DNA of 64,000 nucleotides from Candidatus Syntrophosphaera sp. (GTDB lineage: Bacteria; Cloacimonadota; Cloacimonadia; Cloacimonadales; Cloacimonadaceae). Under the pieces are notes generated by a model. The model was given only the letters and a program-made list of their open reading frames with translations, did no database searches and was not told where the DNA came from. A program made the translations under genes and the position numbers. Position 1 is the first letter of the stretch, and each line of letters starts with the position of its first letter. Below are positions 1 through 8,555 of this stretch, in pieces. The stretch is taken from assembly GCA_019429425.1 (NCBI GenBank), contig JAHYIU010000002.1:185-64184 (forward strand), given 5' to 3'.

Positions 1-72
1 CATTGGTCATACTCCTTACTATAGGTTTTTGGTCAACCTATTTCAGGACGGGTCACCCTCAGGCCTGGCTCT

Positions 73-167
73 TAATCACTTCTCTATCCACTGTCTATCA
101 CTTGTCTATTATAGACAAGTGATAGACAGTGGATAGTCAAGTGATAGACAGCGTGAAAAGAGGGCGG
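73..167. repeat. Hairpin repeat family 1, copy A (iteron-like palindrome plus GAGGGCGG clamp)
   Basis: Perfect 26-nt arms at 84-109 and 111-136 around a 1-nt centre (t110). An imperfect extension covers 73-83 / 137-147. GAGGGCGG lies at 160-167. Located ~100 nt downstream of the GH3 stop. Confidence 0.85.
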
Positions 168-269
168 AAAAAGAAAGGCCGGGGATTCCGCGGGCAAAGC
201 CTGCTTCGATCCCCAGCCATGTTGAATCAACTTGTCAGGCCGGGCTAACGATCTGGCCCAGAGCTCCGT

Positions 270-2192
270 TTACAGGTATTCCAATCCGTAGCCATAGGGG
301 AACATGGGGTGGTAGCCCGGATCGCCCAGATTCCAGTTCTCGTCGTCGTAGCGGGGCCAGGAAAAGCTCAGCTTGCCCTGCATCGGATAATCGCCGAAGA
401 GCACATCCGCCACGCCCTGTCCCTCTGAACCGGGGAACCAGGCGACCACGAAGGCCTTGGTTTCGGCCAATTCCTGTTCGATGACGAGGGGGCGCCCGCA
501 GATCATGACCGCGACCACGGGAATCCCTTTGGAAGTGATGTTCCGGATGGTGGCGATATCCTCGGGATGCAGCTCGTGCAGGTAGAGATGGGATCCGTAG
601 GGGCCTTTCTTCATGATGGGGATGTCTTCGCCGGGCAGGGTTTCGTCCGAGGTCGAGCCCGGGCCGATGTTCAAGCCCTTGGCCAGGCCTTCGACGCGGA
701 TGTCGCCGAGCATTTCGGCATAGGGGACTTCGCCGATGACCACGATGGCCAGATCGTGTTTGGAGGGATCGGCATCGGAGCCGTCACTGCTCAAAACGGC
801 GTTGGGCGCCAGGTTCCGGATCCCCTCCCAGACGGATGTTCCGCCGATGATGGCGGAGCCCCAGGAATCGGCGCTCTTGTCACTGGCGTCCCTGGGCTTT
901 TCTTTTTCGGCCTGATCATAGATCCCCGTTTCGATGGGAGCTTTGTCATTCACGCCCTGCCAGGCGACAGTGAATCCGCCGCACTGATGGCCCCGGTTGT
1001 GGGCGTTCTTTCCTGTGACCAGGATCCGGGCGTTTTTGTCCAGAGGCAGGATGTCGTCCTCGTTCTTGAGCATGACGAGGGATTTGCGGACCGCTTCGCG
1101 GGCGACCTCACGATGCTCGCGGGAACCGAAACTGGAGTGGTCCAGGGAAAGTTTCCTGAGGGCGGGACGGGGCTTGTCAAACATGCCGAAGGCGTATTTG
1201 ACGCGCAGGATCCGCCTGACGGCATCGTCCAAGCGTTCCTGGGGTATGCGGCCGTTGGCAATGTTGGTTTTGACGTGCGAGATGAATTCCTTCCATCTGG
1301 AGGTGACCATGAACATGTCCATTCCCGCGTTCAGGGACATGACCACCGCTTCGCCGTAATCTTCTGATAAATAGTCAATTCCATCCCAATCCGAGATCAC
1401 GAAGCCTTCGAAGCCCAGTTCCTTTTTCAGCAGATCGGTGAGCAGGAATTTGTGCCCGTGGCACTTCTGACCAAACCAGCTGCTGAGCGAAACCATGACG
1501 GTGAGGACGCCGGCCTTGATGGCGGCCCTATAGGGCGGAACGTGGATCTTCCGCAGTTCCTCTTCTGAGATGCACATGTCGCCCTGATCGATGCCGTGCA
1601 GCGTGGCGCCGTCGCCGACCCAGTGCTTGGCGCAGGCGATGACCTTGTCTTCACCAAAATCGCCCTGCAGGCCTTTGACAAATCTGGGTGCGTATTCCGC
1701 CACGATCTTCGGATCTTCGGAATAGCTTTCGTAGGTCCTGCCCCAATGGTCATTGCGGGCCACGGCCAGAGTTGGCGCAAAGGTCCATTCGACCCCGGTG
1801 GCGGTGATCTCTTTCGCTGTGGTGGCGGCGATCCGCTCGACCAGATCTGGATCATGGGCCGCGCCCAAACCTATGTTGTGGGGAAAAACCACGGCTCCGA
1901 GCACGTTGGTGTTGCCATGGATGGCGTCGACCCCATAGATCAGGGGTATGGGCAGATGATCCTCGTCTTCCTCCATGGAGGCGGCCCAATAGGCATCGTT
2001 CATCGCGATCCAATCTTCGGGTCTGTTTTCCCCGGGGACCGATCCGCCTCCGCTCAGGACAGAGCCAATGTGGTATTTCTTCACTTCCTCGGGTGTGATG
2101 AACTGGCGTTCCGGCTGGAGGATCTGGCCGATTTTTTGCTCCAGGGTCATTTTCGCCAATAGGGCGGAGACCTTTTCTTCGATCTGGTTCAT
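270..2192 (-). CDS. Glycoside hydrolase family 3 beta-glucosidase / exo-beta-glucanase, no signal peptide (cytoplasmic)
   Basis: 640-aa ORF. GH3 hallmarks GVDAIHGN and KHWVGDG, and nucleophile motif FVISDWDG. BglX-like N-terminus MTLEQKIGQ. Last gene of the minus-strand glucan operon. Confidence 0.9.
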   Translation of the reverse strand: MNQIEEKVSALLAKMTLEQKIGQILQPERQFITPEEVKKYHIGSVLSGGGSVPGENRPEDWIAMNDAYWAASMEEDEDHLPIPLIYGVDAIHGNTNVLGAVVFPHNIGLGAAHDPDLVERIAATTAKEITATGVEWTFAPTLAVARNDHWGRTYESYSEDPKIVAEYAPRFVKGLQGDFGEDKVIACAKHWVGDGATLHGIDQGDMCISEEELRKIHVPPYRAAIKAGVLTVMVSLSSWFGQKCHGHKFLLTDLLKKELGFEGFVISDWDGIDYLSEDYGEAVVMSLNAGMDMFMVTSRWKEFISHVKTNIANGRIPQERLDDAVRRILRVKYAFGMFDKPRPALRKLSLDHSSFGSREHREVAREAVRKSLVMLKNEDDILPLDKNARILVTGKNAHNRGHQCGGFTVAWQGVNDKAPIETGIYDQAEKEKPRDASDKSADSWGSAIIGGTSVWEGIRNLAPNAVLSSDGSDADPSKHDLAIVVIGEVPYAEMLGDIRVEGLAKGLNIGPGSTSDETLPGEDIPIMKKGPYGSHLYLHELHPEDIATIRNITSKGIPVVAVMICGRPLVIEQELAETKAFVVAWFPGSEGQGVADVLFGDYPMQGKLSFSWPRYDDENWNLGDPGYHPMFPYGYGLEYL

Positions 2193-2229
2193 GTTTGTTC
2201 TCCTATGTTTTCTTAAAATCTTATGCTAT

Positions 2230-5200
2230 CTAACGCAGTTCCACTGCTATGCTCAGGATCTCACGAGCACGGATCTGCCTGACAATCTCTCCGCTGAGGG
2301 CCGCTGTTTGAAACTCCCGCGAAATTCCCTGGAGGTCAAGCACTTTCCAACTGGCCGGGGAAACTGAATCAGGCCCGAAAGTGTCCTTGCGCGAGGGATT
2401 GAGGTAGGTCACCAGGATCTTCCCCAGGAACATGAAGCTGAAAGTATCGGCCTCAAACTGGACATCCTGCCATGCGTCTCCGATCAACAAACGGCTGCGC
2501 CTTGCTTCCGGGGTGAACAGCCAGCCGGGCAGGACAGGTTTGAGGTTAAGCCGCAATTCTCCCGCGGAGTCCAGTTCGAAAGGATTTTGCCCCACCGTCA
2601 TCAGGTGCAGGATATGGATGAATTCAGCCGTCGCCCCGCTCAGGCGGGCCACAAAGCCATTGCCGTGCAGCGAGGGATCGGGATTGGCGCTGCTGACGAT
2701 GAAGGAGGAATTTTCCAAGATGCTGCGGCCATAAACTTCGGGATCGAAGAAGGGAACGAACACCTGTTTGAAATCCCGGAAAAACTCAGCATGGAGCCCG
2801 TTGCGCAAGAGTTCCAGCATGTATTTGTATTCCATGTGCAGCCAGATCGATTCATTCTCAAACCAGCCGGGGGAAAAGGTTCTGGCCCGGCCGATCTCCA
2901 TGGGCTGGTCTGCCAGGGATTCATTGACCTTGTACATCTTGAGTTTGGCGTCATAGAGCCCGCTGTTCCTGACTCCAGCGGCAAGTTTTCGGGCCTCCTG
3001 GGGGTCCGATTGGGCGCGCAGGAAATGCACCGGACCCTCCAGAAAGAGGGGTAAGGGAACCTGGTTGAACTTTTTGGCCCGGAAGCAGGATAGGCCTTTG
3101 GCATTGCACTTGGCTTCCAAACTGCCGTCCCGGGAGGGTACGGTGATCTGATCATATTCCACGGCTTCGTTGATGAAATAAGTGGAAACCACATCGTTGT
3201 TCCAGGCCCTGGCTATGCCGGCGTCCAGTTTCTGCAGACTGGCTTGCAGAAAATCGATCAACTCGCTGAGCGTGATATTCTTTTCTTTTCCGCTGACTCC
3301 CAGCCTGGTTTTGGCCCGGTAGTTTTCCTTGAGCGCGGTGGCCCGGTCCCAAAACTCAAAGGCGGAAAGCCCGGATCCAAGCAGGCCGCTCAGAGTTGCG
3401 ATGAATTCATGCAATTCCTCATATACGGCAAACTCCAGGCCTTGATTGAAGAATCCGGCCAAGGTATCTAAAAGGAAGAGGATATGGCGTTTTAGCTCCA
3501 GGGTTTCGCAGAGGCTGGAACCGATCAGGCCGGGCATGCCGTTCAAGGCGTCGTACCAGCCGGGTTTGTCGGCCTCCATTTCCACTCCCACGCCTTCGGG
3601 ATCGAGAGAGGCGAGTTTGTTGGTGATCAGACTCAGCATCACCGTAAACAAGGTAGTTTTGTAGACCTCTCCTTGCCCGTATTGCATGCGGACCTTGTTT
3701 TGGTCGTGGCAGCGCTGGCTGATGAGCAGTTCTTTCTCTTTGTCAAGAACCACGGAATTCAATTGCATGGCCCGCCCCCCCCAGATGACGTATTTCTCGT
3801 CCCGGGGCTGGACCCGCTGCGGGTTGTCGTAAAATGTGAAAGTTTTGTTTTCGAACAGAATCTGCTTTTTTTGCTCAGGATAGACAGCCAGAAAGTTCTC
3901 CAGCAGGTCCAGGTTGTAGGTCCAGTGATCGATCCAGAACCCTTCGCCGGGCTCGGTGCCGTAATGCTTGGCGCTGATGCCCAACAGGTCGCCGATAAAG
4001 ATGTTCGCATCGCCCTTGATCGCGATCCCCCGGTCATGCAGGTGAAGCAGCAATTCGCCCGGTGTGTAGGTATCTTGAAGATAGGCCGCGACCTCTCCCA
4101 CCCTGCCGGGATCGAGATATTGGCCGAGGACCTCATCCAGCCTGGCGTGCTGGGAGATGCTAAAACGGCTCTCTTTGACGACCAAAGGATTGAAGCCATC
4201 GAGCTGGATCAGGCTGGCAAACTGGAGCACATTGCCCTCAGCCACCTGGGGGTTGAAAAACAGGTCGCAGCGCCGGTTCTGGTTCACATCCCGGAAATGC
4301 CCGTTACCTTGGGAATAGGGTGTGGGAGTAAGACGGTAGTCGTTGTAATCCCGTTCCAGGTCTCCATGCTTGCGGGAATAGAGATGAAGTACGGAAGAGC
4401 TTTCCCTTCCCTTCAGCGTGTGCGGGAATCCGCCCCGCATCACGTTATCCAAAAAATTCTGCCTTGCGTATTGATCCAAAACGAGTTCTGCACTGCAGAT
4501 GAAGTTCTTTTGGGTCAATGCCGAAACGATCTCCTGATTGGCAACAGCCTTTCTCTCAATGTATCCGTTGTGGACAATATTGGGGACCAGTTCATTCAAC
4601 TCACTGGCTGAACCGGCGTGGCCAATAACTGAGGTATAGGTGCATGTGCGATGCGTGGCTATGGTCGTCTCAAAAGATCCCATCGCGCAAGGCAGACGGT
4701 TCTCATAAATCTGTCCGGCAGCGAGTTCCTCGCTGGAACTGCTCAAAAATCTCTCAGGGTGGGCGTAATCGCCCCGGATGCCAAATATCTTCACGGGGTC
4801 ATAGATCGGATCGACCAGCTTGGAATCATCCATGAATCCAAGATAGAAATTGCCCTTTTTGATCCTGACCACGTCCGGACGGTCGGAGGGCTCGACTTTC
4901 AGCTTGTAGAAGGGAACCTTGTTTTCAAAGTTGGTGACCTCTACAAAGGCCTCGAACAGGCGCCGCATATGTTTGAGGCCATAGTCGTCCAGACCATAGG
5001 GCACTATTAAAGGAAGGCCGTCCAATACCTGCAGTCGTACCGGATCCGGGTTCAGGTTTTGGATCGTGAGCCTGCGCACGAGGCCGGCATAGTTTTCCTG
5101 CGGGATGTTGAAATACTCCACGCTGAATTTCAGACCCAGGGTTTTGTTCACTTCCTCAAGGGTCAGTTTGGCTGGGGCGATGATCATTCTTTGCGCTTTC

Positions 5201-5553
5201 TGGTACTGCTGATCATCGGCTTTGTTCTGAAACGGTTCGTAGAATCTGTTGGATGACTGGTCCACCAACTTGATAAAAGTCCTGAACCCCTGGGTGGATA
5301 CGAGATTATAAGCCCAGTTGGCGGGCAGGAATTCCATGATGGGATGATGTTTGCCTTCAATGCCCATGCTGCAGACGCATTGCCCGCGATTGACGTAAAA
5401 GGTCCACATGGGAATGCCGTTCTTTCCGGCAATGCCCGGGAAGAAACTGGAAAACAACTTGGCGGAGTTGTAATCCGTGATAATGAACTCACCGTTGTCA
5501 GTGAGCTGGTATTTGGCTTGGGGGCTTCGATCCAGCACTATTATGTTTCCCAA
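2230..5553 (-). CDS. Large cytoplasmic GH94/GH149/GH161-superfamily-like glycan phosphorylase (putative beta-1,3-oligoglucan phosphorylase)
   Basis: 1107-aa ORF without signal peptide; TTG start as given by the ORF track, so the start is uncertain. Segment GHFRDVNQNRRCD resembles the GFRDxNQD segment I recall from GH94-type phosphorylases. Size and beta-1,3-glucan context fit GH149/GH161. The family call is from memory, not a search. Confidence 0.55.
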   Translation of the reverse strand: MGNIIVLDRSPQAKYQLTDNGEFIITDYNSAKLFSSFFPGIAGKNGIPMWTFYVNRGQCVCSMGIEGKHHPIMEFLPANWAYNLVSTQGFRTFIKLVDQSSNRFYEPFQNKADDQQYQKAQRMIIAPAKLTLEEVNKTLGLKFSVEYFNIPQENYAGLVRRLTIQNLNPDPVRLQVLDGLPLIVPYGLDDYGLKHMRRLFEAFVEVTNFENKVPFYKLKVEPSDRPDVVRIKKGNFYLGFMDDSKLVDPIYDPVKIFGIRGDYAHPERFLSSSSEELAAGQIYENRLPCAMGSFETTIATHRTCTYTSVIGHAGSASELNELVPNIVHNGYIERKAVANQEIVSALTQKNFICSAELVLDQYARQNFLDNVMRGGFPHTLKGRESSSVLHLYSRKHGDLERDYNDYRLTPTPYSQGNGHFRDVNQNRRCDLFFNPQVAEGNVLQFASLIQLDGFNPLVVKESRFSISQHARLDEVLGQYLDPGRVGEVAAYLQDTYTPGELLLHLHDRGIAIKGDANIFIGDLLGISAKHYGTEPGEGFWIDHWTYNLDLLENFLAVYPEQKKQILFENKTFTFYDNPQRVQPRDEKYVIWGGRAMQLNSVVLDKEKELLISQRCHDQNKVRMQYGQGEVYKTTLFTVMLSLITNKLASLDPEGVGVEMEADKPGWYDALNGMPGLIGSSLCETLELKRHILFLLDTLAGFFNQGLEFAVYEELHEFIATLSGLLGSGLSAFEFWDRATALKENYRAKTRLGVSGKEKNITLSELIDFLQASLQKLDAGIARAWNNDVVSTYFINEAVEYDQITVPSRDGSLEAKCNAKGLSCFRAKKFNQVPLPLFLEGPVHFLRAQSDPQEARKLAAGVRNSGLYDAKLKMYKVNESLADQPMEIGRARTFSPGWFENESIWLHMEYKYMLELLRNGLHAEFFRDFKQVFVPFFDPEVYGRSILENSSFIVSSANPDPSLHGNGFVARLSGATAEFIHILHLMTVGQNPFELDSAGELRLNLKPVLPGWLFTPEARRSRLLIGDAWQDVQFEADTFSFMFLGKILVTYLNPSRKDTFGPDSVSPASWKVLDLQGISREFQTAALSGEIVRQIRAREILSIAVELR

Positions 5554-5578
5554 TTCTGTTCTGAGTTTGTTTTTAGAA

Positions 5579-5614
5579 AGATCAGCCGATACAATAATCC
5601 GTACCGGCTGATCT
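5579..5614. terminator. 10-bp hairpin downstream of the 941-aa CBM-protein gene
   Basis: AGATCAGCCG-16 nt-CGGCTGATCT. Related in sequence to 8515-8543. Could be a terminator, attenuator or RNA-processing site within the operon. Confidence 0.35.
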
Positions 5615-5702
5615 TCATGTTCATTTAAGCAGCGCCAGGCATTTGAGTTCAGACGCTTGGTCGCTGACTTTCATTTAATTATTAGCCGGGTTATCTGTGT
5701 TC

Positions 5703-8471
5703 CTAATTGGCATTTGCCGTCACATAGTAGAATCTGGCCGGTTCAGTGACAGAAGAGGACCAACTGGTCCCGTTGTAGGTTCCGTCAGCAACCGGAGCAT
5801 AGGTCCCGAAGGGATCTTGCGAGGCATACACCGTATAGGAAGTCGCGCCGGCAACGGGGTCCCAGGTGACCGTCACCGTATTCGCGGTCTCGGTTATGGT
5901 GACATTCGCGGGTATGTCGAGTCCCATGGCGTAGAAATAGAAGTTATCGATATACATGGTGCCCAGAGGGTCTTTGGACAGGATGTACTGCGCCATGTTT
6001 CCAGTGATGTTCAGACCGGTGAAAGCTGACAGGGGGATGTCGTAGGAGATCCAAGATCCCGTTTCGGGAGTTTCAAACATCAACTCATGTTCCGTGTCAT
6101 CACCACCGCTCCAGGCGCCGTCGGCACCCCAATCCACCAGCTTGAACCTGAAGTTGTTGGCATCGGGTGTCCAGAGGTCCAGATGCACGTGGGTCATGCC
6201 GGAAACATCGATCAGATTCGGTCCCACTGTTTCGATCCCGACAAAGTTCACCAGGGTGTACTTCTTGACCGGATTTCCCGCGACCACAACCTCTTCATAA
6301 ACTCCCTGCGACCAGGGGGTCAGCCAGGTATCGACAACTACATCGGTGTAGGCGTCGCTGAACAGGGAAATGACGTTAGCGGGGTTATGCGTCGGAACGG
6401 GCGGCACGGAATTGGGATAGGTGATCGCAAAGGCCACTGTGTAGGTTTTGGTGTTAATTCCATTCTGGGCTGTCACCAGCACGGAGGCGGTTCCGGGAAT
6501 GCCGGAAGCCTGGGTGATAACGTAGGTGGCATTGGGATCGGTGGTAGTGACTGAGGTGATCTGGGGAACGATCACGGTTCCTTCGAGCAGGCCGTAATTG
6601 TAGCCCTCGGTCAGGGGCGTGAAGCCGGCTAGCGTGGCTCCATCGACCTGCAGATCGCTCAGAGTGGCGTCCGTGCCCTGAGCAGTGGGGTTTTTCCAGA
6701 AGTAGAGGTTGTCAAACCATATATCCCCGTTCCCTTCCACCTTGAATTGGAAGACATTGGCCAGGTTGACCGGAGGAACAAAGTAGGAAAGGGGAATATC
6801 CACGCTGACCCAAGTGCCGGGAACGATCGTGAACACATACTCCGTCTCAGCGCCGGGGCTGATCAGATAGATGCCCAGGTCGGTGGAATTGACGGTCCAG
6901 AAATCCACGTGCAGATATTCGTAGGCCGAAACATCCTGAGGAGTGTATTCCGTTCCCTGGTAGTTGAGGTTTTGATAAAGCAGAGTGTTGTTGCCCGCTA
7001 TCACAACGTCAACGGTGACAATTGTCTGTTGGCCCCAATAGGGGTTGAAATTGGTGCCTGGCAGATTGGCGTAGGCATCGCTGTAGATGGATATGACATC
7101 CTCAGGTTCGTGGGTTGGAACGGGTGGAGCGTCAACAGGAGCGGTTTGGGTAACAAAGTTAACCGTATAGGTCAGGGAGGTGATTCCATCCTCAGCGGTC
7201 ACCACGACTGTTGCGGTTCCTGGAACTGCCGTGGCCTGGGTGATCACCATGGTGGCGTTGGGATCGTTTTTCGTGGCCGAGACGACCGGCGTTCTGGCCC
7301 CTGTAACCTGGTAAGTGTAATTGAAGGTAGCCGGGGAAAATCCCGGGATCGTGACATTGTCGACCCGCAGATCACTTAGAGTGGCGTCACTGCCGGCTGC
7401 TCCGGAATCATAAAAATAGACATTGTCCACATACACGGTGTTGGGGTCGCCGGAAATGATCAATTGGGCCAAATGTCCGGTGGTCGTCAGGTTGATGAAA
7501 TTCGCCAGGGGGATGTCGAAACTAATCCAGTTTTCGCTCACCAGGGGCGGGATTGAATCGGCATTGAAGCTAAGCTCATGCTCAACATCATCTCCGCCTC
7601 CCCAGACTCCATTGGCCCCAAAATCAACCAGTTTGATCCTGAAGGCCGCCGGCAGGGCAGTGGGATCCGGGGTCCAGATGTCCATGTGGAAATGGGTCAT
7701 GGCTGTGGCGTTGATGGTCTGGGAGGTGAATTCGATCCCTGCATAAACCAGATTGGTATAGAGCTTGGTGTCATTGCCCGCGATCTGGACATCAGCAACA
7801 TCCGCCATGTCCCAACCAGCAGACCAGGTGTCCACGGGAACATTGGTATAGGCGTTGCTGAACAGGGAGATCACGTTCGCGGGATCCACGGTTGGGGTTG
7901 GCGCTGCCACGGTCGGTTCCGTTGGAGGAGCCATGTTTCCCTCAGGGATGCGGATGTTGTCGAAGTAGATGATGTTATCCTGGTTTCTGGGCGCGAAATC
8001 CGGTATGATCACGATCCTGCTGTAAGTATTCCCAATGACAGCTGAAAAATCAAAGGTTAGTTCTTCCCATTGATTTACCAGGGTATTTGTAACTTGTAGT
8101 TCCAGTGGTGCGCTGCCACCCTCAAATTTTACCGCCACTGGGCTGATCACAGGTTTGTAGACCATGATCTTTACCAAGGCGTTGGACGCGTTGAACTGGA
8201 AGGTTTCGATATCGTCGGTAAAACACAGGGCCCAATCCATCCCTGCATCCAGGGCAGTGAATTGGGCTACCGTCGGCGTAGTGTTGATTCCGCCCATTAC
8301 AGGGTTGGCAGGAAAGGTTAGCGGAGGGTTGGCTCCGTTTTCTCCCACCACCCAATTCCAGTCGGCTCCCAGGCCGCCTGGCTCAAAATCAACTGTGATG
8401 TATTGTGCAAACATAATGGCTGTGAACGCCATCATGAAAATCACCAGCAAAAACAGTTTGTTAGCTCTCAT
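5703..8471 (-). CDS. Secreted multi-domain glycan-binding protein (four CBM-like beta-sandwich modules, two cadherin-like modules, C-terminal Fn3-like module)
   Basis: Start trimmed to MRANKLFLLVIFMMAFTAIMFAQ (signal peptide), preceded by AGGAGA. Three copies of a ~150-aa module (VISLFS/IYSDAYxxxP...DxWxP...YVDNxYF). Two ATLSDLxVD...FxP..xxY modules (cadherin-like). Ends in an Fn3-like ATSYTVYASQDP...RFYYVTANAN. Confidence 0.8.
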   Translation of the reverse strand: MRANKLFLLVIFMMAFTAIMFAQYITVDFEPGGLGADWNWVVGENGANPPLTFPANPVMGGINTTPTVAQFTALDAGMDWALCFTDDIETFQFNASNALVKIMVYKPVISPVAVKFEGGSAPLELQVTNTLVNQWEELTFDFSAVIGNTYSRIVIIPDFAPRNQDNIIYFDNIRIPEGNMAPPTEPTVAAPTPTVDPANVISLFSNAYTNVPVDTWSAGWDMADVADVQIAGNDTKLYTNLVYAGIEFTSQTINATAMTHFHMDIWTPDPTALPAAFRIKLVDFGANGVWGGGDDVEHELSFNADSIPPLVSENWISFDIPLANFINLTTTGHLAQLIISGDPNTVYVDNVYFYDSGAAGSDATLSDLRVDNVTIPGFSPATFNYTYQVTGARTPVVSATKNDPNATMVITQATAVPGTATVVVTAEDGITSLTYTVNFVTQTAPVDAPPVPTHEPEDVISIYSDAYANLPGTNFNPYWGQQTIVTVDVVIAGNNTLLYQNLNYQGTEYTPQDVSAYEYLHVDFWTVNSTDLGIYLISPGAETEYVFTIVPGTWVSVDIPLSYFVPPVNLANVFQFKVEGNGDIWFDNLYFWKNPTAQGTDATLSDLQVDGATLAGFTPLTEGYNYGLLEGTVIVPQITSVTTTDPNATYVITQASGIPGTASVLVTAQNGINTKTYTVAFAITYPNSVPPVPTHNPANVISLFSDAYTDVVVDTWLTPWSQGVYEEVVVAGNPVKKYTLVNFVGIETVGPNLIDVSGMTHVHLDLWTPDANNFRFKLVDWGADGAWSGGDDTEHELMFETPETGSWISYDIPLSAFTGLNITGNMAQYILSKDPLGTMYIDNFYFYAMGLDIPANVTITETANTVTVTWDPVAGATSYTVYASQDPFGTYAPVADGTYNGTSWSSSVTEPARFYYVTANAN

Positions 8472-8514
8472 TTTTCTCTCCTTGCTTAAGTCAGATAGTT
8501 GTTGTTTTTCAAAG

Positions 8515-8543
8515 TCAGCCGGCACCAAAACGGTGCCGGCTGA
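8515..8543. terminator. Perfect 12-bp GC-rich hairpin between the two CBM-protein paralogs
   Basis: TCAGCCGGCACC-aaaac-GGTGCCGGCTGA. T-rich on the plus-strand 3' side and A-rich on the minus-strand 3' side, so it is not a canonical minus-strand terminator. Shares CCGGCTGATCTT with the hairpin at 5579-5614. Confidence 0.4.
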
Positions 8544-8555
8544 TCTTTATGATTA

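Noticed and set aside
1-17. Possible start of a minus-strand gene at the left edge: reverse complement AAGGAGT-ATG-ACC-AAT-G.
   Set aside because: Only ~10 nt of putative coding sequence lie within the window, so it cannot be supported as a feature.
73-167. The hairpin repeats considered as a CRISPR array, integron attC sites, or IS/MITE ends.
   Set aside because: - These are single units, not arrays with spacers, and there are no cas genes.
- There are no GTTRRRY/RYYYAAC core sites and no intI.
- No transposase is present, and no target-site duplications are visible.
- They are kept as unclassified repeats.
8472-8528. N-terminal extensions given by the ORF track for several genes: 8528, 17208, 31727, 42480, 49973, 53736, 57403, 63248 and 63287.
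   Set aside because: - Internal Met codons give proper signal peptides or domain starts and are preceded by AGGAG-like RBS.
- Several of the upstream starts are TTG/GTG codons without an RBS. At 42480 the TTG is part of a TTGACA -35 box.
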